Shown here one piece after another: positions 38,796-50,693 of a stretch of 64,000 bases of DNA (its first letter is position 1; each line of letters begins with the position of its first letter). The stretch is from Paragordius varius. Taxonomy: Eukaryota; Animalia; Nematomorpha. Location: positions 2,294,001 to 2,358,000 of the forward strand of contig OZ176054.1 in the NCBI GenBank assembly GCA_964247055.1, given 5' to 3'. Both the position numbers and the translations under genes were made by a program. The notes beneath the pieces are model-generated. The model saw only the letters and a list, made by a program, of their open reading frames with translations. It made no database searches and was not told the origin of the DNA.

Positions 38796-40893
38796 CCTAT
38801 GAGCTCTTCTAAAATCAAAAAATTATTTATTAAATTTTTTATTGAAGCGTATTTTATTTGCATGGAAACGGTAGGAAATTTTAAGATATTTCAAAAAAAT
38901 TGATAATAAGAGAATGCTTTAACATTCTGCCATCTCCTCTTTTGCTAAAAAACAGTCTTTGATTTTCAAGTTTTAGGTTAAATATGAATTGTGTTTTTCG
39001 CAAAAAAATCTACATTTGAATCAGAGCATATATGTGGCGTAATATTAGTTAAAATGTCAATAATATGTAAAAATGAAAATAAAATCTTCGGCTTTAAAGC
39101 AATTTTTTCAAAATAATATGTAGGCCAATTTAATATCAATTTTTATATGCATATATGGGTGAGATCTTAATCAAGCCCCATTCAATTGGTTTATTTGGCG
39201 AAGCTATAAAAAATGCGCTATCACATCCAAAAATATCCTGACTTTGAACCAATACTCCAGGAAAAAGACCCAATTAAAATTATATGACCATATATTTCCT
39301 TATCTATGCATTGATGGTAGTGCCACTGTCAAACCTCATCTCCCTTAAAGAGTATCAATTTCCAAAAAAATACAATCGTCATTTATCGCGTAAATGTTGA
39401 AATTTTACGGATAAAACGTAAAAATATAAAGACAAATATTTTTCAAAAGGCAACCATACCTTTTTAAACATTAATTTTTCTCATATAAATTATATAAATA
39501 CATTTTTAAAATATTTAATTAATTGTACCCACTACGCATCGTTTTCATACTTTGCAGTTTAAAACCATTAATTATTTTTAAAATAATTTAAATTTAAAAA
39601 GTATGATTGTTTAGAAAAAAATATTTATCTTTGTATTTTTACGTTCGCATAATTTCAGTTTTTACTGTATCTGTATACGCAGGAAAGCAAATTTGTTACA
39701 AGCACTCAATCTGAATATATCGATATATTTTATAAATGTAAATTGTGGACTCGGAAGGAATTATCCATGTATGTAGGCCCATACAAATCTAAATTTAAGA
39801 TTTTTTTTGTGATTTTTAATTTTGGCATCATAATAAAGTCAGTTTTAAATTGACAAATTTGTTAGGCCCCATATCGCATAGAAATATGGTTATTGAAGTA
39901 AAATACACACAAATATTTTTTGGACCATTTTTCGGAAAATGTTAGATTATAATTCATTAATGGTTTCTAGTTTTTTTCTTGTGAAAGCATAGGTTTTGGT
40001 CGAAAGCTGTTTGAATTAGTCCAATGAAGGGTGTTTTAAACTATGTAGAATATATCCTCTCATTGCAAAATCGTGATTTTGATAACCCCTAAAACCTCTA
40101 GCCCTACGGTATTCAAATGTAGGCCTTTACATTTTTTCTATGTGTGCGCTAATAATAGTCGGGCCACTATTTTAAAAACCTTATTCCCATATCGTTTCTA
40201 CAATGCAGCAAGCGTGCCATCATGATTCGTAAAACCTTAAATAAATCAAGTATGATAAGGCGATTTCCACCAATAATGCATTTCATAACTGATGATATTC
40301 TATGTAACTTTTTCACACTGTGAATTGTTTTGGATAGGGAATTTATTGGCAAATATTCCGTCCATATCTGAAATTATAATTTAAGCCAACATCTAAAATA
40401 TTTTAGTTATAGTCGATTTTTTGAATGGCATATACTTTTTCTATAGGCCAAAATGAAATATTTTGAAATTTAACACGAAAATTAAAATCTATTTCAATTT
40501 TCGGTAATTTTATTGAATCATAAGCATCGTTAAAAGTTTTCAAAAACACAATAAATTTTATGGATGGTTTCAGATCAATAAAAAATAAATTCATTTTATT
40601 TATTTATAACGTGTTTATAATTTTATTTTTCTAAAAAATATAAAAAACAAAAGCGTGAAACCAAAATTATTATTATGCCTTTTATTTTTTATTTTTTTAT
40701 TTTTTTATTTTGAAAAAAAAGTCATAAATATCTGTGAGTTAGTTGTTGTATATGAGCCAAAAATATTAAACAATTATTTTTTTGCAATTACATAAATTAA
40801 GTCTTTTGTTTTTTGTCACATGGTTTTTTTACCAATATTTTATATATTTTTTAGTTCTTTAAATTTTATATTTTAAATCCTACTATTTCAAGT

Positions 40894-43800
40894 ATGTTAT
40901 CAACATTTTCATCAAATCGATATCGTGATCCTTTCATGGGTGCGAATTCCAATCAACCCCAAAATAATATAAATCAACTTTATGATCTTGCCTTGTTTGA
41001 TGAAAAATTATTTTCTCCCCTAATGAAATCATCATCCAATTCATTCGCGGATAATTATTTTTTCTCAGGTTTACAAAACTTTGATGGCAACCTAAATCAT
41101 AATTATAATCTTTTCTCAAATCCGCAAAATTTAGGCTTAGAAATGGAAGATGTGTTTGAAGACTATCCCGAGCCTCCGAGCATAGGGGATAGCTTGAAAA
41201 AATTTAATTCTTCCAATGAAAATAATAAATTAATTTTAAATAATGATATATTTAATAACGCCTTTTTTGAAGGGTTTCCTGATACTACTTATTCATCTGA
41301 CACTTCACTCATGGATATGACAGATATTAGTTTTACCAAAATGCCACAACTTAATTTGGGGACAAAAAATCAACCATACCTAAATATTCACAGTGCAGAT
41401 CCCTTATTACCTCTGTTATATCAGGTAAAAAAATAATTGTAAATTTGGATTAATATCACCTTATTACCTATTTTCACAAATAATTTTTGCACAAATTAAT
41501 TGTTTAAAATATTTAAATATTTTGAAATATTTTTTTAAATCATTCTATAAATTCTATCCTAATTATATTCTTTTGTATAATATATTTTTTCATGATGAAT
41601 GAGTAAGGTGACCAGACGTCCCGCTTTTGGCGGGACAGTCCCGCTTTTTCACACTTTGTCCCGCCTCCCGCTACGTTTTAAAATGTCCCGCTTTTTCACG
41701 ATTATATAAAAAAAATTTTTTAATACAAATAAATTTTTTTATCCGTTTAAATTTTAAATTAAAATTTTTTATTTTTATTTTAAAAATATTTATTTTTTTT
41801 CGAATTTATATCATATGATTATACACTTTGCTTCCTACTACTACTGTCATCATTATCAAAAGCCAAGTTAATACCACAAATCGGTAGCTTAAAAGACAAA
41901 TTGATACCACAAATCGGTACCTTACAAGTTTATTCTAGAAAATTAAGGTTATATAATATTTATTATACTAATAGTAGTTTATAAATATGAGCACAAAAAG
42001 AGGTAATTCAACGATGAATTAATGAAAGATTTTCCTTTAGCAAAAAAACGAAGAATGAATCATTTGTTAAATGTCTTATATGCGAGGGGGAATTCACCCT
42101 AGCACATGGAAGCATGATACTACAAAGCATATGGAAACACAGAAACATAAAAAACGTTTAGATATGGCGGCATCATCTTACAAAATGAGCGATTTTTTTC
42201 GAAAAACCGCATTTGGAGTCTTTTCACGCCGTTAATCACAATCATTCCTTTAGATCTATGGACTGTATCTAGGTTATTCGCACATTATTCCATATAAAAT
42301 TTACATGTGCCCGTACAAAGGCCAAAGCCATTGTGTGCAATGTCCTTTCGCCACATGCATTTTCTGAAATACAAAAAGATTTGCTGAAAATTAATATCTT
42401 ATCCCTATACTCTGATGCATCAAATCACCATGAAGCAAAATTATTTCCCAAAATTTTAGATTTAATTTCTCTACCCGGTGTAAATTCCGAAATAATATTT
42501 ACTCCAATAATGAATATTCTAGAAAAAAATAATTTAAAAGACAAAATTATCGCATATTGCGCTGACAACACCAATACGAACTTTGGTGGAAAAGCAAGGA
42601 GAGGAACAAAAAATACTTTTCATAAATTAACAGATAATCTTAATCAAAACATTATTGGCGTTGGGTGTGCAGTGCATATAATACACAAAGCTATTCAAAC
42701 AGCTGCTGATTTGTTACCCTTAGATGTGGAAAATGTAGTTGTTAAAATATGTTCCTATTTTTATGTATACACGGTACGTGTTGAAACGATTAAAGAATTC
42801 TGTGAAAATGCAGAAATATCAAAAAATGCTTGGATATTGTAAAACTCGTTGGTTAGCTTTTATGCCAGCTATTTATCACGGGACAAATGTCCTTCAACTT
42901 TAAAAAAGTTTTTTGAAAGTGATTCTTCAAAAATATGGTTATTCTTACATAATCAAGCTTCTCTGTTTCAAAATGTTATTAAATTTATAGACGGTGACAA
43001 AATTTCGGCAATCGAAGTAACCAATGAAGTTAGTAACCGATAATTCCAATGTCAAGAACGGTTAGAAAATAATTTTATACCATTAATCATGCGTAATATA
43101 ATAAATAATTTAGAAAAACAAGGAATAATAAATCGCCAAGATATCCTGTACCATATAAAAATGTTTTATACAAACTGTAAAGATCATATGGAAGATTGGA
43201 CGACGCAATTCAATAAAATGGATCATTTTCATTGGATAACATTAAAATCAGAATTAATTGGTGTGATGTTCAAAAATCATTTGGTTATATCTGCTCCCAA
43301 AAATTCTCAAAAAGTAATCTCAGAAAATGATCTTTTTTCTGAAGTATCATTAGTTAAAAGATATATTAATAATGAAAAACTTAAATTATGGACAAAAGAA
43401 AAATACACAGTAGAAAAGAAATGGTTGGAAATATTTCATCATTTTGAAGCCAACTATAATACATACAATAATATTTTAAAAATTGTGGAATTCGCACTAT
43501 CTTTACCTGGAACCAACGCTGCTACTGAGCGCGTTTTTTAGTAAATCAGGCGTGGACATTGGAAAAATCAAATTTAAATGTTGAAACTTTAAAGGCCGTC
43601 TTATCTGTCAAATATAATTTGACAAATTCTTGTAAAGACTTTTCTACAATATTTTAAAAAATGATGACAATCTGCTAAAACGCATTCGCTCAAAAAAATA
43701 TACCAATGAATAAAATATTTTCTTATAATTATAAAGTTTTTTTGTTAAAAAATAAACAAAATTACTTAAAATATTGTATAAGTCTAATTTGTCAAATTAT

Positions 43801-46800
43801 ATTTGAACACATAAAATGGTTTTTATTCAACATTTAAATTTGGTTTCGTGTCCTTACTTAATTTACTGTGGAAAAACGCGTTCAATAGCAGTGGTTCAGG
43901 TAAAGATAATGCAAATTTTATAATTAAAATATTTTTGTATGGAACATAATTTGTTTAAAAATGATTATTTTAACCATTTCTATCCTACGTTTTTTCTGTT
44001 GTCCATAATTTAAGTTTTCATTCAATATATTTATTTAATAATGAAACTTCATAAAAAGTGTCATTGTGCACCGTCTTGTCTTCCAAATAATCGTCTCTGT
44101 TTGTATAAAACATTTTTATATTCTGGATATTCATTGAGCCTTGTTTTTCTGGATGTTTTATAATATTGCGATTAGGTAATGGTATATTTTCTAACCTTTT
44201 TTGACTTGGAATTTTGACCTTTGTCCTGTGATAAAAAATAGGATTCTAGGAGATCACATTTTTATAAATATTTCAATCGCTGGCAAAAGAGCTAACCAAC
44301 AGTTCTACAATATCAAGCATTTTAACATCTATATTTTCTACATCCAGGGTTAACAAATCAGTAGCTGACTGAATAGCGTTGTGTATCTGCCAATAATGTT
44401 TAATTAAGATTATTCGCTAAATTGTGAAAATATTTTTTGTGCCGCTTCTTGCATCACCCAGCGCACTTTGTGATGATTTCGTCTTTATTATTCTTTTCTA
44501 GAATATTACAATCACTTCACCCTTTGTTCGTGCACATGTAAATTTAATGAATAAGGTACAAACAACCTGTAAGGTACAAATTTTTTATTTTTATAATGTA
44601 TTTGTGTTAAAAATAAATAAATATTACAATAATTTTTTGTATAAAAATTATTGGTTGTACCCCCCAATGACCCCCCTCTCAGATTTGTCCCGCTTTTTCC
44701 TTAAAAAAATCTGGTCACCTTATGAATGAGTCATATCATAATTAGGCGCTTTTGCATATTTTATAATAAATTTTAACATACAATCTACCAACCACCCACA
44801 ATATAATATTCGCTTTTTGTGTTACATAAATCACTTCCGATTTTTCATTTTTTATCTTTTATAAATATATAGATGTATTTTTGACAGATAACAGATTCAT
44901 ATTTTTTATATTTATAATCAAAATTTTGAATGCTATATTAATATTTTTTGTAAATAATATATAATATATCAATGCCACCGGAAGTGATTTTTTAGGTAAA
45001 AACCACAATGTAAACACTCATCTTATCTAATCAATGTTATTTATTGTTTAAGTTTACAACGCCCAAAGTTATTTGTTAAAAATAATTGTTTTATTACAAA
45101 AAAATATTGTCATTTTTACTTATTAATAACAATTTAATGTTAATTCGAATATAATAATCTTTTATGTTACATAATAGGGTCATTATTTTTCATAACTTTC
45201 TCAGACCAATATTAATATGTGATAATATAATTTTGTTTGTAGATTAGCGTATCACAATCAAAAGGTCAGTAATCAAATGCTAAAATTTGCTGATCATTTG
45301 GTACTCAGAATAAAACATTTAAAAATTGTATTTGAAAAAGACTTTCGATACTTTAACTATTTATATGATTATCGGTTGTTTTAATTAGGTGTAGTCACAA
45401 GTTTTTACCTGTTTTTAGTAAAAAAAACATGTAATTTTAGAAGCAATTATTTATTTTATTTAAAATTGTTTATCGGCTTCTACATATTTCGCCCATCTCT
45501 CTCCGGTATTATATGAATTTTGTTTTCCACAAAACCATTGATGCGAGTTTTATTTGTCAGATGGTGCCAGGTCAGGAGATTTTAGCGGATGCGGAAGAAT
45601 ATCTCACCACAGCCATTTCAAGGCTTCTTTTACTGGTTTTTCTGTGTGAAGCGATGCATTGTCATGTAGTTGATTTATTTTGCTATTGTCTTCTGACCAA
45701 TTTCAGTCGTTTTTCGATAAATACATGTTTAAATTAATTATTTGTTGGCGATCTCATTGTGATTAACGGTTTCAACGGGTTTTAAATCTTAAAACAAAAT
45801 ACCGTCGTCTCAGTAGATTCAGAGCACGGTCTTTTTGCCGAAGCGATTTGGCGCTGGTATATAGACGGGTTTGGCACGAACACATTTATTTCTGTTTTGG
45901 AAATAAAAAATAAAGCCACTTCTCATCACCCTTACCAATTCGGTGGAAAAAAGATTTCCTCTCGTGATATTAAAGCGGGATCAAGTTCTTTTACGATTTT
46001 CGACTTGACGTTCATTCAAATTGTGTGGAACCCATTTACCGACGAGCTTATTAGTCCCCATTGCTCATTGACATCTATTCAATGTTTTCGTGATACATGT
46101 AAGGCTTTTATCGTGTCGTTAAGTTTGAGTAATGTCATCTCCAATAACTCTTGCACTTTAGCTTCTTTGAACTTGTGCGGTCTACCAAAGCGCCCACACT
46201 CTTTCATATGAGATTACAACTTTCAAATATTTTAAAACCATGTTTCCATGATTTAATCGATTGCACATACTCACCATATGTTTTTCCTGCAAACGAAAAC
46301 TTTCAACAACGTTTTCCTTCTGATGGCAATGTGTGCTGCAAATGATTTTTAGGCACCCGAATTTGACATAAATAATGAATGATGAAAATAAGACGCTCGT
46401 TTTTAATGAACTTAACTGCGTGTGTTTGTCGTTTAATGTCAGATTAACGAAATGGGCTATGTATCAAATTAGTCGTCTGCATACTTTTCGCTGACTTCTC
46501 TTAGTTAATCAGGAGGTAAACGACTACACCTGGCATAAAATGGTATCTTTTTCATTAAATTCATGATTGATCGTTCATTGCTAAAGATGTTTAATAAATA
46601 ATAGTTCATTTATTTTAGGATCCATACATTTGTCAAATTCCGCCAAAATGTCCTTTAGCCCTCTATTATTATAATAATGCGAATGTCTCAAAACTCAACC
46701 AAAACAATGCGATTGCACATAGAAGTTTCCAGTTCAAATCAAATAAAACATTGGAAACGAAAATTGGAGATTCAGAATATTATCGTAGATTTAGCTCAGC

Positions 46801-48522
46801 TTTAGTTGATAACTTTTTTGCCAATCAAGAAAATATTGACCCAACATTGGCACTCTATAACCCCACCCCAAACCCACGCCGCTCGAGGAGGCCCCCTGAA
46901 ACCGCTCATTTTGGCAAAAAGAATGCACTGGTATTTAATTTTACAACAACCATATTGACACGAGAGTTAAAATCAACAGTTAAAGTCAATGTAGACAACA
47001 ATATATTCAAGGGATCTGAGAATAGTAGAGAATCAATAACATTTAGACATAAAAGGACTATTTCACTCATCAATCTTAGTTTAAAAGAAAATCACAAGTT
47101 TGAAACCTCGAATAAAACTTTACAAATAAACCATATTAAGGATCTAAATTTTGTTGGAAAAAATCCAATTTCGTGTGATGCGACAAAGAAAGTTTCTGTC
47201 ACAGTCCATAAAAATAGACAGGAGATATTCACAAACTGTCTGAGCAATGCTAACGGCAATTATATTACCTTAAGAACGGCTGGACCTATTCAACGAAAAA
47301 CTGATTATAATTTTACGAGTACTATGCAGAACATTGATTGGCCCTCTGACATTAATTTTGAATATGAACTCAACAGTTATGAACACGGTTTTGAAAGTTT
47401 TGAAACACACCATATTAATGAAAATTGCCTGAATGAACCAAAGATTAATCATGTAAAAAGGAAAATCCGAAATAACAATCATGTAGAGAATGATTTGATA
47501 TCCAATTTCGATTCCCCCAATACTAATACAAATCAATGCTCGCTAAATGATTTAACTAAAAAATGTCGAAATAATGAACAAATCATCCCAATACCCAGAA
47601 ATCTTGAATTAGACTCAAAGTTTAGGGCTGCGATTTCAACGATACCCAAATGCAAACCGCGAAAATTAAAGAGAATGGCCAATGCAACAGAACTCGAGTC
47701 TAAACGAACCCATAAATGTCATTTTCCTGGTATACTTTTTTTAACATTAACGTTATCGATAGTTATTTTTTTATTTCAAATAGAAAAATCTAAGCTGCTT
47801 ACAGATTAATTTAATATATTGAAATGGTTAATTGTGTATCGAAATAATTTCTGATATGCCACAAATATATTTTAATTTATAGATTGTTCTAAGTCTTACA
47901 CAAAAAGTTCCCATTTACGTGCACACGAGCGCCTTCATACAGGTATATTAAAATTTAAATATATGTTCATATTTTAGGCCACAACTATTTTGATACCCTT
48001 ATTTGTTAACTCAATAGGTGTATGAATTGATTATAAATGATTCAATTATAACTTCCATCATATATTTTGAATAATAGATGTATTGAATGATAAACCAATT
48101 TATATAATAATATATATTATTTAATCTTTCTAAAAAAGTAACATTTCTATTATTTATATTATCGATAAATTTATGATATTATTAAAAATTATATAAGCAT
48201 AGATGATAAGAAAATATATATAATAAAACATTAAATGATTTGTTGGAACAACTCATCATAATAACGCAACTAATTAAGTGTTTAAAGTAAATTCTATGCT
48301 ATCATGTTTTTGGGAGACTAAATATATACATATTCAATTGTGTTAGGTGAAAAACCATATCGATGTAAATGGCCCAATTGCAAATGGACTTTTACGCGTT
48401 CGGATGAATTAACCAGGCATTATCGGAAGCATACAGGGGCAAAACCTTTCAGATGCCAAGTTTGTGGGAGGTGTTTTGCAAGATCTGATCATCTGTCTTT
48501 ACATGGAAAACGTCATGCATAA
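40894..48522 (+). CDS. KLF: Kruppel-like factor (KLF5/6/7-like), ~625 aa; exons 40894-41424, 46619-47729, 47883-47942, 48347-48522
   Basis: All GT-AG junctions are frame-compatible (1878 nt). The spliced C-terminus is [87 protein letters not shown], the canonical KLF triple C2H2. Joining exon 1 across the 5.2-kb intron is inferred from phase match and an acidic activation-domain-like composition. Confidence 0.85.
41604..44722 (+). mobile_element. hAT DNA transposon, 3119 bp, in KLF intron 1
   Basis: TIRs TAAGGTGACCAGA / TCTGGTCACCTTA with an exact 8-bp TSD TGAATGAG (41596-603 and 44723-730). Same family as 36566-38795. Confidence 0.95.
41987..43710 (+). pseudogene. Frameshifted hAT transposase
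   Basis: N-terminal zinc-finger remnant ([13 protein letters not shown]), [28 protein letters not shown] (CxxH), KTRW and [13 protein letters not shown], spread over several frames. Confidence 0.9.
45385..46533 (-). mobile_element. Mariner element (Mos1/mauritiana-like) with a decayed DD34D transposase, in KLF intron 1
   Basis: TIRs TTAGGTGTAGTC (45385) / GACTACACCTGG (46522-33). Minus-strand translation gives [48 protein letters not shown] and PERWAKYV, with many stops and frameshifts. Confidence 0.92.
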
Positions 48523-50693
48523 ACAATTTCTTTAACATTAATATACAGTATGTATATTAATGTTGGTCAATTGACATTTTTGTTAATAGCAATAAAGTAG
48601 CATATGGATAAAAAAGAACAAATGGTTGAGATAACAATTTTTCCTATCTTACAACATGAATTTAATTATGGACAAAATTTGTTTTATATACGCTAATGTT
48701 TGAGCAATTAGCCAACAACATTATTTGTGTATTGACAAAATTTTGATTTTGCTTCGTTTGCGCAACAATAGTATAACTACTTATAAAACATTTTTTTGTT
48801 CTCGTATATCCAAAAAACTTTAAATAAAATGTTTTGGATTATTATTAAAAAGTCTGCTTTTGAAATTTATAAAATAGATGGCAATACTTATAATCCAAGC
48901 TCTCATATTTAACGACTTGATATCAAAGCGATGTAAACTTTATAAAGTATGTAGGGGTTAGGATTAGGGATTAGTCTTGCACATTTGATAACATTTGTAA
49001 GATGTATTTAAGTGAGAATTAAAGTATAGTAATAGAGAGTATATAATATGATTATGAATTTTAATAAACATCTAAAATTAATCAAAATTGAATAACGCAA
49101 TGATGGCATCTATTGCTAAATCATAGGATCCGGTGAAAATTCTACTTTAAACAAATTATTGGATGTGCGATTATTTTATAATATTGAATTAAAAATCTGT
49201 TTATGACTTTTTAAAAAAAACACTATCCGTCACTTCACAACCCATCATTCTCATACATAATTATAAAACCTCAAAATGATGAATTAGATAAGAAGATAAT
49301 CAGATATTTATTTCTATAACCATCTCATAGGAAAAAGCTTAAATATTAGCTCTTCATGAAAATTGTCATGAATTCCGGGACTGATGATAGGATGCAAAAT
49401 TAGCAGTTTTGAATCTGAAGCCGGTGCCTGAGATTAGAGCAGGGTTAGGTCTCTTTGGGTTGAAACCAACCTAACGGCTCCACTTCTTGAACCAGCCTGG
49501 TTCTGGTTCTAACACTCCAAGTGATCCCCATATTTTTTTATTTTTTACATATTATTTATTTTTTAAAAAAATATGTGTAAATTTTTAGTTAAATAGTGCG
49601 TGATAACATTTCTCTGGGTTTCCATCAAAATGGTGATCATTAATTGCGTAATGTTAAAAAAATAAAAAAAATTGGATTTCAATCAAAATTTTATGATTAT
49701 TTGGGTAATAGATCGTCCGAAATCTGGATTAAAATAAATAGAAAAATATTAAAGTACTGCGGCGACATTTGTGTTGGACATCCATGTTCTAGAGTTAAGT
49801 TTGGGACAAAAATACGATTGAACTAAATAGCTGATTTTATCAAAGTTTTTGCTAATAAAATGGTATCTAAAAGCATACTAAAATTAAATATATCTAACCA
49901 TGATATATATCAACTTGCTTTGTATTTTCGATTTAAAATCTAAAGAAAAATAAATGGCGCGGAGAAAGTTGGAGATGAAAATTACACTCTTATTTAAAAA
50001 TTCATTTTATTGTATTATGCGCATAAAAGGCCAAAGTAAGCATATTATTAAATTCCTTTTAAAACCCTATATACCTTTTAAAATATTCAAATTCAAAATT
50101 GCTCTGTGATATAAAACTAGCGCAAAATGTCACGAAGTGTTATAGAATTTTGTAATCTAAGTGGTAAACGTCGATTCAAATTGTGGTTTCTACCAGACAA
50201 TAATTAAGTTGATATTTTAGAAAATCTACTGAAAGAAACGGTTTTATATAGAATTTTTTCCAAAACAAAGTTTTGTTTAAATTCGGCTTATTTCTATAAT
50301 TTTTTTAGAATGGAAGCATTTTATTTCCCAAAATTTTAGCAAAATTTCGTGTTTATTTTATTCAAAGCCTAAAATTATTGCATCAAATCTAACATTAATA
50401 TAAACAGAAAAAGTGGTTTATTTAGAATATTTTTAATTTTAGCTCATGCACACATGGGATGTTGGCTAAACATATTTGAGATATTTGAATAATTTTTTAT
50501 TATATTTCGGTTCTTTAATGTTATATAAGTGTAAACTTTTGCCAAGATTTTAATTTATTTTTATATAGGCATGGATCTAACTACCCCAATTTGAATCAAA
50601 GGAGTATTTTATCCTGCGATAGTAAATGCAAAAACACTTTTTAACCTTTATACTCAAAATATGCAATGAACTTTAAATTTCATCCTATTTAAC

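Noticed and set aside
47730-47809. Hydrophobic tail of the 352-aa track ORF resembling a TM helix
   Set aside because: Intron read-through; splicing completes zinc finger 1.
48953-48976. TTAGG/TTAGGG-like motifs
   Set aside because: Only about three imperfect units; not an interstitial telomere array.
49330-49530. GC-richer island with short open frames
   Set aside because: No recognisable motif, convincing splice sites or TIRs; probably a repeat fragment.
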